A stretch of DNA of 64,000 nt from Alphaproteobacteria bacterium (GTDB lineage Bacteria; Pseudomonadota; Alphaproteobacteria; SHVV01): positions 3,072,001 to 3,136,000 of the forward strand of contig OZ253470.1 in NCBI GenBank assembly GCA_965261735.1. Reading direction: 5' to 3'. The notes beneath the pieces are model-generated. The model was not told where the DNA came from. It made no database searches and saw only the letters and a program-made list of their open reading frames with translations. Positions 28,621-39,076 of the stretch are shown piece after piece. A program made the position numbers and the translations under genes. Every line of letters starts with the position of its first letter. The first letter of the stretch is position 1.

Positions 28621-29463
28621 GTGAGGGCTCGTGAGGTGCGAATCGAGGACTATCCGCCGCAGGAGCCCCTGTCCGCAGCGAACGCGGCCTACCACGCCGA
28701 AGTGATGCGCCGCGCCGCGCGGGCGCCGGCCCCGGACATCGAGGTCGCCTATGGTGACGACCCCCACCAGCGCATCTCCCTGTACCTCGCGCCCGAACCC
28801 GGCGGCGGCCTGCTCGCGTTCATCCACGGCGGCAACTGGACCAGCGGATATAGGGAATGGATGGCCTTCATGGCGCCCGCCTTCACCGACGCCGGAGTCA
28901 CCTTCGCGAGCATCGGCTACCGGCTGGCGCCAGAGCATCTGTTCCCGGCCGGCTTCGACGATTGCTGCACGGCCATGGCCTGGCTGTATGGCGCGGCGCT
29001 TGACCACGGCGCCGATCCCGGGAGGCTGTTCGTCGGTGGCCATTCGGCGGGCGGACATTATGCCGCCCTGATGGCGGTGCGGCGCGACTGGGGGCACTCC
29101 CGCGGACTACCCGCGACCGCGATCCGCGGATGCCTGCCAATTTCAGGCGTCTTTACCTTCACCGGGGAATCGGGCTTGCCGACGCGTCCGCGCTTCCTCG
29201 GCCCCAGGGACGACGACCTCGCGGCGAGCCCAATCCACAGCATTCAGGGACCGGCGCCGCCGTTCCTGATCGCTTACGGCGACAAGGACTCCCCGTACCT
29301 GATTACCCAGGCGGCTGCGTTCGAGGCGGCGCTCCGCGATCGCGACGCGGACGTCGAGCGGCTGGTGCTGCGGGGTTGCGATCACTTTGCCGCCAGTTAC
29401 GCCGGTGGCGATGCCGAGGGCCCGTGGGTGGGCCGCGCGCTCGCCTGGATGGCGGCAAGATAG
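28621..29463 (+). CDS. Alpha/beta hydrolase (arylformamidase/HSL-like)
   Basis: FIHGGNW, GGHSAGG, C-terminal CDHF. Confidence 0.88.
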   Translation: MRAREVRIEDYPPQEPLSAANAAYHAEVMRRAARAPAPDIEVAYGDDPHQRISLYLAPEPGGGLLAFIHGGNWTSGYREWMAFMAPAFTDAGVTFASIGYRLAPEHLFPAGFDDCCTAMAWLYGAALDHGADPGRLFVGGHSAGGHYAALMAVRRDWGHSRGLPATAIRGCLPISGVFTFTGESGLPTRPRFLGPRDDDLAASPIHSIQGPAPPFLIAYGDKDSPYLITQAAAFEAALRDRDADVERLVLRGCDHFAASYAGGDAEGPWVGRALAWMAAR

Positions 29464-29482
29464 CCCCCCCGGTGTTTGCGCC

Positions 29483-30349
29483 TTGAACCCCGCGCTATGG
29501 GGGCTGATGAGCGCATTCGGCTGGGGTACGGCCGATCTGGTGGCGCGCCTGACGGGCCGGGCCATCGGGCCGCGCAGCTCCATGTTCGGGAGCGTCACCA
29601 TCGGCTCGGCCTTGCTCTCGATATGGGTCTGGGTGGCGGCCCCGCCGCTCACCTGGTCGGCCGCGGGGCTGGCGTGGCTCGCGGCCACCGGGATTGCTTC
29701 GATGGCCTCGATCCTGCTGCTCTACACGGCCATCAGCCGGGGACCCATTTCCGTGGTTGCCCCCATCGCCGCGAGCAACCCGTTGTTCGTCGTGCTGGCT
29801 TCGCTCGCCCTTGGGCTCGTGCCGACGTGGAGCCAGTGGCTGGCGATGGCCGTCGTGATGATTGGCGTGGTCGTGGTCGCCCGTGGCGGCCGCGCGGCGG
29901 CACGTAGCGAGCCGACCGGCGCCGAGGGCCTCCCTTTCACCGCCGGCCTGGCACTCGCCTCGGCGGTCGGCTTCGCCCTCGCCGTGCTCACCGCGCGCGA
30001 AGCCTCGGCCATTCTCGGCGAGCTACAGACCGTGTGGGGGACCCGCGTCATCAGCCTCGCCGCCCTCGTCGTGTTCGTGCTGGCGTCGCGCACGAGGCTG
30101 CGGTTGCCGCTCCGGTGGTGGCCGGCGCTCACGCTTCAGGCCGTTCTCGAGGTCGGCGCCCTGTTCGCGCTGTTCGTCGGTATCGCCGGCGCCGGGGCGC
30201 CGCTGGCGTCGGTCGCCGGATCACCCTCGGCGATCGTGACGGCACTGCTCGGCCGCCTTGTCCTGCACGAGAGGATCAGGACGGAACAATGGGCCGGAAT
30301 CGCGATGGTCGCCGTCGGCGTCGCCGCCCTAGCTTTCGTCAGCGGCTGA
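29483..30349 (+). CDS. DMT/EamA family transporter
   Basis: About ten TM segments, GPISVVAPI, VLHERI..QWAG; TTG start assumed. Confidence 0.87.
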   Translation: MNPALWGLMSAFGWGTADLVARLTGRAIGPRSSMFGSVTIGSALLSIWVWVAAPPLTWSAAGLAWLAATGIASMASILLLYTAISRGPISVVAPIAASNPLFVVLASLALGLVPTWSQWLAMAVVMIGVVVVARGGRAAARSEPTGAEGLPFTAGLALASAVGFALAVLTAREASAILGELQTVWGTRVISLAALVVFVLASRTRLRLPLRWWPALTLQAVLEVGALFALFVGIAGAGAPLASVAGSPSAIVTALLGRLVLHERIRTEQWAGIAMVAVGVAALAFVSG

Positions 30350-30366
30350 GATCGCAGGGCGGAGGG

Positions 30367-31731
30367 CTAGCCGCCAAGGGCGATCGCCGGGTCGCCATCG
30401 AGGTCGTCGCAGTTCGGCGGACTCTTGAAGTAGCGCGCGGCCAAGTCGCGGCCGGCCTCGCGGATCAGCTTCTCGTCCTCGGCTTCGCTCTTGGCCGGCT
30501 TAAGCCTAAGCGCCGTGTCACCGCCGTAGGTCGGGACGATCTTGCCGTGGCGGTACACGCCGTGCGGGTCCCTGCCCTGCTGCACCTCCTCGATCCCCTC
30601 GCGCAGACCCTTGCGCATCATGGCGACGCCGCGGTCGCTGGTGCCCAAATGCTCGCGCGCGTGGATGGCGATCGGACGCTGCCCGATCTGCGCCTCGTAG
30701 TCGCCGGGGGTGCGCTGCATATCCTCGTACGAGCGGCCCGGCTCGTTCGATTGCAGCGCCGGCGAGTTATGCTTTGTGCGCGGGTTCTCGGCACCGATCG
30801 GCGTCACCACCAGGCTCATCTCCATCGTGTTGGTGTCATCCATGGGCACCGCCCAGTCCATGGTGATCGGGTAGTTGTGGAGTTCGCCCTCGCCGTCGGT
30901 AAATTTGGGCGGCCACTCGTTCAGAGCGCCGAGCACGGCGATGTTGGGCCACTTGTACTCGATGTTGCGCACCCACACGGTCTCGTCGTTGACGCGCCGC
31001 ATCTCGAGCGTAAGGATGCCGGTCGGCGTCTCGATATATTCGGCCGCGCCGAACATCTCGACTTCCCTGACGATCTCGCCCTTGCGGCTGATGAACTGGT
31101 TGCCGGAGTGCTCGGCGTGCAGGTACTCCTCGTGCTGCGGGTCGACGAAGTTGTCGACGACCTGTAGCCAGCTGCACGGCTTGTGGTTAGGACCGCCGGA
31201 CAGCTCGCCGGGCTCGAGCGTACTGCCCGGAATGGCCATCAGGTCGAGCGCCGGCAAGTCGGGGATCCGGTCGGGCGGGCCCATATACCCCCACACCACC
31301 TCGTGGTGCTCCCTGACAATATAGGCGCCGTGATAGAAGCGGTCCTTGAGCGTGCTGCCGGCGGGCTCGAGCGGCGTATCGAGGATGCGCCCGTCGACGT
31401 CGAACTGCCAGCCGTGATAACAGCAGCGGATGCCGTGCTCCTCTATGCGGCCATACTCGAGCGATGTGCCGCGGTGGCAGCAATGCAGCTCGAGCATGCC
31501 GACCTCGCCGCGGCCATCACGGAAGACCACCAAATCCTCGCCCAGGATGCGCTTGCGGACCGGCAGATCCTTGAGCTCGCGGCTGTAGGCGATGGGGTGC
31601 CAGAAGCGCCGCAGATACTCGCCTCCCGGCGTTCCCGGGCCGACATGGGTGAGGAAGGTATCCTCGCCCGGTATGTCGCGATTGTAGTAGGCGCTGAACG
31701 GTTGCTTGATGAACTCGGCTCTGGTTTCCAT
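30367..31731 (-). CDS. Rieske non-heme iron oxygenase alpha subunit, phthalate 4,5-dioxygenase-like
   Basis: VGPGTPGGEYLRRFW, CCHRG...CCYHGW, DPQHEEYLH, EHLGTSDRGV. Confidence 0.9.
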   Translation of the reverse strand: METRAEFIKQPFSAYYNRDIPGEDTFLTHVGPGTPGGEYLRRFWHPIAYSRELKDLPVRKRILGEDLVVFRDGRGEVGMLELHCCHRGTSLEYGRIEEHGIRCCYHGWQFDVDGRILDTPLEPAGSTLKDRFYHGAYIVREHHEVVWGYMGPPDRIPDLPALDLMAIPGSTLEPGELSGGPNHKPCSWLQVVDNFVDPQHEEYLHAEHSGNQFISRKGEIVREVEMFGAAEYIETPTGILTLEMRRVNDETVWVRNIEYKWPNIAVLGALNEWPPKFTDGEGELHNYPITMDWAVPMDDTNTMEMSLVVTPIGAENPRTKHNSPALQSNEPGRSYEDMQRTPGDYEAQIGQRPIAIHAREHLGTSDRGVAMMRKGLREGIEEVQQGRDPHGVYRHGKIVPTYGGDTALRLKPAKSEAEDEKLIREAGRDLAARYFKSPPNCDDLDGDPAIALGG

Positions 31732-31749
31732 AGAGGGTGCCTCCCGCAA

Positions 31750-33051
31750 CTAGGCCGCGACGGGCTGGAAGTGCAGCATGGTTTCGGACACCTCGCCGCT
31801 TACGAGCGCGACCGGCTTGCCATCCTTGATCACCGCGGCGAGGTTTTCCGGCTCCTGCAGGACGCGGATGTCGGCCAGCGGATCGGCCTTGAGGACGATC
31901 ACGTCGGCGAGCTTGCCGCCCGCGATCGTCCCAACCTCGCCCTCGAGCCCGACGGCCAGCGCGTTGCCGCTGGTATTGGCGACGATCGCCTCCATCGGGC
32001 TTAGGCCGACCTCGTTGACGAATATCTCCGCCTCCTTGGCGTGGTACATGCCGTAGGTCATCCAGGTGCAGTTACCGGTATCGCTCCCGGCCAGCAGCCG
32101 GATGCCCCGGGCGTGCGCCTTGCGGCAGGTTTCGATGCAGGCGTTCATATGGCGCATGAGCAGCGCCTCCTCGTCGAGGTAGAAGCCGAAGCCGCCCTCG
32201 CGCTGCAGCGCCAGGATGGCGCTGGTGAAGGTCGGCATGAGGGCGGTGCCGGCGGCGGCCATCGCATCGAGGTCGTCCTCGGTCGCGAAGTCGGCGTGCA
32301 GGACCCAGTCGACGCCAGCCTCCGTCGCCGCGCGGGTCGAGGCCGAGCCGCGCGAGTGGATGGTGACCTTAAGATGGCGGCGGTGGGCCTCAGCGACCAC
32401 GGCCGCGAGCTCGTTGTCGGGAAAGGCCTGAAAGTCGCCCCAGTCGCTGTCGATCATCTTGATGAAGTTGACGCCGTTCTTGGCTTGGCGCCGCACTTCC
32501 TTGACCAGCGCTTCCACGCCGTCGCACAAGACAGAATGGACATGGCGCGGCGTACCGACCCAGGTCGGCTCGCGATCGCCGCCGGCGCCGACCGTGCACA
32601 GGATACGGCCGGCACAGAAGATGCGCGGCCCCTCGATCAAGCCGGCGTTGATGGCCTCACGCACGGCGACGTCGGTGAACCAGGCGCCGCCCGGGACCGA
32701 GATGCTGGTGACGCCGGCGCGCAGCACCTGCTGGGCGTTCATCGCCGAGCGCAGGGCACCGAATTCCGGGCTGGTGTTGGCTTTTGCGACCTTGACTCCG
32801 ACGTAGCCGGGTTGGCCGAAGGTCAGATGGACATGCGCGTCGATCAGGCCGGGCATGATCCACTGCCCTGCCGCGTCGATGACCTCGACCCGATCGCGGT
32901 CGTCGAGGTTGACGCCGCGCGGGAGCGCGCCGATGCTCATGATGCGATTGCCCGATATGACCACGGCGTCGCTGCTGGCGGCCGGACTGCCGGTGCCGTC
33001 GATGAGCGTACCGCCCCGGATCACGATCGTCTTGTCCGCGCTCCCTATCAT
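31750..33051 (-). CDS. Metal-dependent amidohydrolase, third paralogue
   Basis: MPGLIDAHVH, FIK, IHSRG, LHAD, GSDTG. Confidence 0.9.
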   Translation of the reverse strand: MIGSADKTIVIRGGTLIDGTGSPAASSDAVVISGNRIMSIGALPRGVNLDDRDRVEVIDAAGQWIMPGLIDAHVHLTFGQPGYVGVKVAKANTSPEFGALRSAMNAQQVLRAGVTSISVPGGAWFTDVAVREAINAGLIEGPRIFCAGRILCTVGAGGDREPTWVGTPRHVHSVLCDGVEALVKEVRRQAKNGVNFIKMIDSDWGDFQAFPDNELAAVVAEAHRRHLKVTIHSRGSASTRAATEAGVDWVLHADFATEDDLDAMAAAGTALMPTFTSAILALQREGGFGFYLDEEALLMRHMNACIETCRKAHARGIRLLAGSDTGNCTWMTYGMYHAKEAEIFVNEVGLSPMEAIVANTSGNALAVGLEGEVGTIAGGKLADVIVLKADPLADIRVLQEPENLAAVIKDGKPVALVSGEVSETMLHFQPVAA

Positions 33052-33182
33052 GCCGATCACCCCTGCAAATCCCGCCTTTCGACCGTCTCTTTCGATGGTA
33101 AGGGCGCACCATGAGCCGGTCAACCGGACGCGCGGGGTGTCCCCGCCTGCGCGCTTGCCCGCTGGAGCGTAGGCTTCTCCTC

Positions 33183-34103
33183 GTGAACCTCGGGACCATT
33201 CTCCGCGAGATCGTCGTAGAGGCCGATCCTCAGCTCGGCATCGGCAAGGTCGCCGACTACATCCCGGCGCTGGCGGCGGCCGATCCGCGCCAATTCGGGA
33301 TCGCGCTGACCACCATCGAGGGCGATCACTTCGAAGCCGGCAACGCGCAACGGGCTTTCTCCATCCAGAGCATATCCAAGGTCTTCACGCTGACGATGGC
33401 GCTCGAGCTCGTGGGCCCGCAATTGTGGTCGCGGGTCGGCCGCGAGCCGTCGGGGACACCCTTCAACTCGTTGGTTCAGCTCGAGTACGAGCACGGCATC
33501 CCGCGCAACCCGTTCATCAATCCGGGTGCGATGATCGTCACCGACGTCATCCTGTCGCACTGCGCGGCGGGTGACGGGATTGGCGCCATCCTTAGGTTCG
33601 TGCGCGGTCTCGCCGACGACGAGACGATCCGCATCGATCCCGAGGTGGCCCGATCGGAGAAGGCGTACGGCCACCGCAACGTCGCCCTGGCCAGCCTGAT
33701 GAAGAGCTTCGGCAACGTCCACAACAACGTCGAGGACGTCCTCGACATCTACTTCCACCAATGCGCGCTGGAGATGAACTGCGGCGAGCTGTCGCGCTCG
33801 CTCCTCTATCTGGCCAACGACGGCGTCGACCCCTAGACCCACCGCACCGTCGTGGCGCCGGAGCGGGCCAGGCGAATCAACTCGCTCATGCTGACCTGCG
33901 GCCACTATGACGCGTCGGGCGATTTCGCGTTTCGCGTGGGCCTGCCGGGCAAGAGCGGGGTCGGCGGCGGCATCGTGGCCGTCGTGCCGGGCCGCCTCGC
34001 GATCGCGGTATGGTCACCGGCGTTGAACCCACAGGGAAGCTCGCACGCGGGCACCCTCGCGCTGGAAGCCTTCGCGGCCAAGACCGGGTTCTCGGTCTTC
34101 TAG
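33183..34103 (+). pseudogene. glsA: Glutaminase with an in-frame amber stop
   Basis: GKVADYIP, SIQSISK, EPSG.PFN, NPFINPGA; TAG at 33834-33836; same frame resumes through [11 protein letters not shown]. Confidence 0.9.
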
Positions 34104-34126
34104 CCAGCCGCCCCGTGGGGCGATGC

Positions 34127-34552
34127 CTAACGGCCGGGGCTCTCGATCACCTCGAAATCGTGCGTGATCTCGGCCGTCTTGCCGATCATCGCCGAGGCCG
34201 AGCAGTACTTCTCGGCCGATAGCTCGATGGCGCGCTCGACCTTGGCCGGGTCGAGGCCGCGGCCGGTGACCGTGAAGTGCACGTGAACGCGGGTGAAGAC
34301 CTGGGGATCCTCCTCCTCACGCTCGGCCTCGAGGTCGACCACACAATCCTCAATCGGCTCACGGCCGCGCTCGAGGATGTGCACCACGTCGAACGCCGTG
34401 CAACCGCCCAAGCCGATGAGCACCAACTCCATGGGACTTGCGCACAGCGTCGGCGAGTCGGGGCTCGAGCGTGCGCCCAACGTCATCGTGTAGCCGCTCC
34501 CCGATTCGCCGACGAACATCCGGTTTTCGATCCACGTGATGCGCGCTTTCAT
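34127..34552 (-). CDS. OsmC family protein (YhfA-like)
   Basis: SPMELVLIGLGGCT, LSAEKYCS. Confidence 0.9.
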   Translation of the reverse strand: MKARITWIENRMFVGESGSGYTMTLGARSSPDSPTLCASPMELVLIGLGGCTAFDVVHILERGREPIEDCVVDLEAEREEEDPQVFTRVHVHFTVTGRGLDPAKVERAIELSAEKYCSASAMIGKTAEITHDFEVIESPGR

Positions 34553-34624
34553 ACGGCTCCGCCTTCCCGGCGCAAGCACGGGCGGGTGTCTATCGAGGCG
34601 GCGTGTGCCGCCCTACGTGCGCGC

Positions 34625-35266
34625 CTAGAAGCGATAGGCGACACCAACGCCGAACACCCAGGGGTCGAGATCGACACCGGCCAGAATGGCCCCACCGTTG
34701 AGCGCAACATCCGTATTTAGAAAAACCTTCTTAAGGTCGAAGTTGAGGGCCCAGCGCCGATCGATCGCGACGTCGAAACCGACCTGCAGCGCCCATCCGA
34801 AGTTGTTCTCGTAGTCAATCGCGGTCACCGTCCCGCGGGGTGCGTCCTGGTCGTAGAAGATCGTGTAGTTGACCCCGGCACCGACGTAGGGGCGGAGGTT
34901 CCGGTCGGGAAAGAGATGATACTGCAGCGTCAATATCGGCGGCAACAATGACACGCGCCCGAGATCGACGTTGCCGAGCGTCGAGCCGTTGTCGTGCATG
35001 TTATGGCGGGTCGTGGCGGGAACGAGTTCGGCGGCCCAGTTCTTGTTGAAGAAATAGGTGATATCGAGCTCAGGCACGTAGTCGTTGTCGGCATCGACGC
35101 TGCCGCCGATCGCGCTGACGCTGCTGCTGACATCGGGCATGAACGCCACCGTGCGCACCCTCACCAGCCAGGAGTCCGCGGCCTCGGCCAATCCAACGGA
35201 TGCGCCGAGGACGAACGCCACGATCATCAGGATGTGGGCGCCCTGGCGACGCGATGGCCGCGTCAT
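34625..35266 (-). CDS. ompW: OmpW family outer membrane protein
   Basis: VPELDITYFF, LLPPILTLQYH, RPYVGAGVNYT, C-terminal GVAYRF. Confidence 0.9.
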   Translation of the reverse strand: MTRPSRRQGAHILMIVAFVLGASVGLAEAADSWLVRVRTVAFMPDVSSSVSAIGGSVDADNDYVPELDITYFFNKNWAAELVPATTRHNMHDNGSTLGNVDLGRVSLLPPILTLQYHLFPDRNLRPYVGAGVNYTIFYDQDAPRGTVTAIDYENNFGWALQVGFDVAIDRRWALNFDLKKVFLNTDVALNGGAILAGVDLDPWVFGVGVAYRF

Positions 35267-35352
35267 TCCTGGGGATGGCGTACCGCGACCGGGGCGAGGC
35301 CCCGGGTGGCCGCGGCCCGCTGCAAGGGCCCGCCCGGGACGCCGGTGGGGCG

Positions 35353-36507
35353 CTAGTAGTTGGGCCCGTTGAGCGCGAGCCAGACCAGCTTGTCGAAGTG
35401 GTGCGTGCCGTGCTCGCTCTGCCACGACCGCTCACGATCGACCATGAGCCGCCCTTGCGTGTAACCGCGCGCGTGCACGCCGAGCTGCTGCTTCTCCATC
35501 GTCGTAATATCCTGGGGCGCGAGCACGTTGCGCCAGTAATTCATGCTTCCAAGGTCCTTCTCGGTGGCCGGCTCGTGGAGGCAGAAATTGTCGACGTTCT
35601 GGAGACACGACTCGAGGCCGGTAGGCATGATGTGGATGACCTTGATGTTGCTGTCGCCGCGGTGGGCCACGAAGAGCAGGTTGGGCCAGATGAACCAGAT
35701 ATGTCCGTCGGTGATGTCGTCGTCGGGCCCGAAATCAAAGGGGAGCGTATCCCGCTTCTCACGGATGACTTCTTTGTTGCCGCGGGTAATCGTGGTCGAC
35801 CAGAACTCGTGCTCGGTGACCTCGAAGCTCGGGACCAGGTAGGTGTCCTTGCCCATGATCTGCGGGTGAATCACCGGGCAGTGGTAGCACTCCATTTGAT
35901 CGAAGCTGAACTTCCAATTGGCCTCGATCACGTAGGGATCGCGGCGAGCCAGCACGAGGTCGTCGAAACCGGGGATCGCGTCCTTGAACTCCTGCGCGAT
36001 GCCTCCCGCCATGCTTTCGAGCGTCGGCGCATCCGCATCGAAGTTGACGAACACCATATGGGCGAGCTGCTCGACGCGGATCTCGGGTAGGCAGAAGTCG
36101 TCGTGCGCGAACCCGGCGACATTTTCCGAGTTGCCGGCCGCCTTGAGGTTGCCGTCGAGATCATAGGTCCAGGCATGGAACGGGCAGGTGATCATGCGCG
36201 TATTGCCCTTGTCCGCCAGCAGGATGTGGCCGCGGTGCATGCACACGTTGTAGAAGGCGCGCAAGCGCCCGTCCTTGGCCCTGACGACAAAGACCGGTTG
36301 ATCGATGATGGTCGCGGTGATGTAGTCGCCGGGCTCCGTGAGGTCATGCCGGTAGCCGACGAACTGCCAGGTCTTGAAGAAGATCTCCTCCTTCTCGCGG
36401 GCGAATATGTCGGGATCGTGGTAGTAATGCCCGGGCAGGGTGTAGGAAAGCTCCGCGTTCGGGTGGAACCTGCTCTTCGTCCGCAACGCCGACACGTTCG
36501 ATGCCAT
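35353..36507 (-). CDS. Rieske oxygenase alpha subunit, CntA/YeaW/choline monooxygenase-like
   Basis: YTLP..YY.D, NVCMHRGH...TCPFHAW, MECYHCPVIH, QSEHGTHHF. Confidence 0.88.
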   Translation of the reverse strand: MASNVSALRTKSRFHPNAELSYTLPGHYYHDPDIFAREKEEIFFKTWQFVGYRHDLTEPGDYITATIIDQPVFVVRAKDGRLRAFYNVCMHRGHILLADKGNTRMITCPFHAWTYDLDGNLKAAGNSENVAGFAHDDFCLPEIRVEQLAHMVFVNFDADAPTLESMAGGIAQEFKDAIPGFDDLVLARRDPYVIEANWKFSFDQMECYHCPVIHPQIMGKDTYLVPSFEVTEHEFWSTTITRGNKEVIREKRDTLPFDFGPDDDITDGHIWFIWPNLLFVAHRGDSNIKVIHIMPTGLESCLQNVDNFCLHEPATEKDLGSMNYWRNVLAPQDITTMEKQQLGVHARGYTQGRLMVDRERSWQSEHGTHHFDKLVWLALNGPNY

Positions 36508-36601
36508 GATCGACCTCCTTCGACACACCCCGCTCGCGCCCAGCGCGGCGGCGACCGTGCCCGGAGTGTGGCGCGACGACGCCACCCGGTCAACGAATCT
36601 G

Positions 36602-37351
36602 ATGACGGCCGCGCCGCACCGGGCCGCGAGCTCGGTGGCCTGCTGGGCCCGACCACGCTGGGCGCTCTGCCTGCTGTCGGCAGCCGCGGGCCTCGTCATG
36701 GCGGCTACGGCGGCGGCCCAGGACGGCGGCGCGCAGCGGACCGTGTCGGTGACCGGCCAGGGCCAAGTGGCGATGGCACCGGACACCGCCCGAATCGCCG
36801 CCGGCGTGACCACGCAGGCCGCCACCGCCAGCGCGGCGCTCAAGACCAACTCAGCGCACATGAACGAGGTTCTCTCGGGCCTCGCCGGGCTCGGCATTGC
36901 GGCCAACAGGATCCAAACTTCGGGCTTCTCGGTGACCCCTCAGCTCGAGCAAAGATCGCCGGGCTCCAGGTCTCCGCCCAGGATCGTCGGCTACCGCGTC
37001 GCCAATCGGGTCAGCGTCTCCGTCGACGACCTGGCGCGGCTGGGGACCGTGCTCGACCGCCTGGTTGCGCTCGGCGCGACCGACCTCCACGGCATCACCT
37101 TTGGCGTCGCCGAGCGGGCGCGCGCCCTGGACCCGGCGCGCGAAGCCGCGTTTGGGGACGCGCGGCGCAAGGCCGCGCTTTATGCCCAGGCCGTTGGGGC
37201 CGTGCTGGGGCCGGTCCTGACGATTCGCGAGGGCGAGGTCGCGGCGCCGCGGCCGCTGGCGGTGATGCGCGCCGCATCCGGGATCGTGCCGGTGGCCAAG
37301 GGAGAGCAGATCCTGACGGTCACCATCTCGGTGACGTTCGCGCTCCAGTAG
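36602..37351 (+). CDS. SIMPL (DUF541) domain periplasmic protein
   Basis: Signal peptide, TVSVTGQG.V..APD.A, DARRKA..YA. Confidence 0.88.
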   Translation: MTAAPHRAASSVACWARPRWALCLLSAAAGLVMAATAAAQDGGAQRTVSVTGQGQVAMAPDTARIAAGVTTQAATASAALKTNSAHMNEVLSGLAGLGIAANRIQTSGFSVTPQLEQRSPGSRSPPRIVGYRVANRVSVSVDDLARLGTVLDRLVALGATDLHGITFGVAERARALDPAREAAFGDARRKAALYAQAVGAVLGPVLTIREGEVAAPRPLAVMRAASGIVPVAKGEQILTVTISVTFALQ

Positions 37352-37395
37352 CCGGCTTGGCCGCGCCGATCGCGGCGGAACGAGGGGACGCCGCG

Positions 37396-38202
37396 ATGGC
37401 GGACGCAATGATCGAATCTGGGCTGCCCGAGGCGCCGATCTCGGTTCTCGGCAAGGTCGCCCTCGTGACCGGCGCGACCTCGGGTATTGGACGCGGCATC
37501 GCCGAGCTTTTCGCCCGCTCCGGCGCGAAGGTGGTACTGAGCGGGCGCGACGAGGCGCGCGGCGCACAAGCCTGCGAAGCCATCACGCGCAGCGGCGGCG
37601 AGGCCGCGTTCATCGCCGGCGACATTCGTGACGCCGCATTCTGTGCGACGCTGGTCGAGGACGCCGCGGCCCGGCACGGCCGCCTCGACATTCTCGTCAA
37701 CAGCGCGGCTATTCTCCATCCGGGTCCTGCCGAGCGCATCAGCGACGCGCAATGGCACGAGACTCTGGCCATCAACGTAAGCGCGGTGTTCTTTCTCAGC
37801 CGGGCGGCGGTCGCGGTCATGCAGCGCCAGGGCGGCGGCGCCATCATCAACGTCGCGTCCGACTGGGGGCTGGTCGGGGGGCGCGGCGCCGTCGCCTACT
37901 GCGCGAGCAAGGGGGCCGTCATCCAGATGACGCGGGCGATGGCGCTCGACTACGCGACACAGGGCATTCGCGTCAACGCAATGTGCCCCGGCGCGACCTA
38001 TACGCCGATGCTCGACAACGAGTTCAAGGATCTCGGTATCAGCGCCGCGGAGGGCGAGAAGTACACGAGCGAGGCTGTGCCCCTACAGCGCATCGCTCAG
38101 GTTGCGGAAGTGGCGCCGGCCGCCTTGTTTCTGGCCTCGGACGCGGCCGCCTACATTACCGGCATCGCCCTACCGGTCGACGGCGGCAGCACCGCCGATT
38201 GA
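37396..38202 (+). CDS. SDR family oxidoreductase
   Basis: TGATSGIG, YCASK, VDGG. Confidence 0.93.
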   Translation: MADAMIESGLPEAPISVLGKVALVTGATSGIGRGIAELFARSGAKVVLSGRDEARGAQACEAITRSGGEAAFIAGDIRDAAFCATLVEDAAARHGRLDILVNSAAILHPGPAERISDAQWHETLAINVSAVFFLSRAAVAVMQRQGGGAIINVASDWGLVGGRGAVAYCASKGAVIQMTRAMALDYATQGIRVNAMCPGATYTPMLDNEFKDLGISAAEGEKYTSEAVPLQRIAQVAEVAPAALFLASDAAAYITGIALPVDGGSTAD

Positions 38203-38230
38203 CCCATCGGCGCGGCCGCGGCGCGCGGCT

Positions 38231-39076
38231 CTACTCCTTGGCTTGTTCCCGATCGCTGCCGTCGGGATTGAACAGCGTCACCCGGGCACCCTGGCGCGCG
38301 TTGGCGACGATCTCCGTCATCACGCGACGCGCCTCCTCCTCGCGCAGCGCGTCGACCGAATCCTCGAAGCTCGGCGGCGCACCCTGGCGGCGGCCCTCGA
38401 CCCTGATGACGTGCCAACCGAACTGAGTCTTGACCGGCATCGTCGTGATCTCTCCATCGCCGATGGCGAAGGCCGCGTCGGCGAATTCCGGCACCATCTT
38501 GCCGTGGGCGAAGTACCCGAGATCGCCGCCACTGGACGCCGAGGGGCCGCGCGATCTCATACTCGCCAGGTCCACGAAATCGGCGCCCGCCTGAAGCTCG
38601 GCGATGACCGCGAGCGCATCTTTCTCGTTTTCCAGCAGAATGTGCCGGGCGTGGACCTCCGTCTCACCGCCCTGCGCGGCGATCGTCTCCGAGTAGGCGA
38701 TGCGAAGCCGCTCGTCGGTCACCGCTGCGTCGATCCCGCGCACGATGTAGGTCTCATGGAGGATACCCTCGATCGACAGCGCGATGCGGCGCTTGATCTT
38801 GGTGTCCTCCAAGAGCCCGGCCCCGCGCGCAAGGTTCGCAACCACGACACGGTCGACAAGGCTCTCGACGAGTTGATCGAAGAGGAGATCGACCGGCATG
38901 CGCCGATATTGTTGCGGCAGGGTCGAGTGCAGGAGGGCCACGTCGGAGCTGTAGATCTCGGTGCCATCGACGCGAGCCACGACAACATCGTCCGCGGAGC
39001 CGCTCTGCGCCAGCGCTCCGCCGGCCGCGCTGATCGCGCCAGCAAGGATCGCGGCGCGGAAGATGGATCGGCTCAT
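38231..39076 (-). CDS. PpiC/parvulin-type peptidylprolyl isomerase (PrsA-like)
   Basis: VHARHIL, GGDLGYF, MVPEFADAAF, VKTQFGWHVI; signal peptide. Confidence 0.92.
   Translation of the reverse strand: MSRSIFRAAILAGAISAAGGALAQSGSADDVVVARVDGTEIYSSDVALLHSTLPQQYRRMPVDLLFDQLVESLVDRVVVANLARGAGLLEDTKIKRRIALSIEGILHETYIVRGIDAAVTDERLRIAYSETIAAQGGETEVHARHILLENEKDALAVIAELQAGADFVDLASMRSRGPSASSGGDLGYFAHGKMVPEFADAAFAIGDGEITTMPVKTQFGWHVIRVEGRRQGAPPSFEDSVDALREEEARRVMTEIVANARQGARVTLFNPDGSDREQAKE

Noticed and set aside
33834-33836. Pyrrolysine or amber recoding
   Set aside because: No pyl genes are visible, TAG ends many normal genes here, and the position is not catalytic
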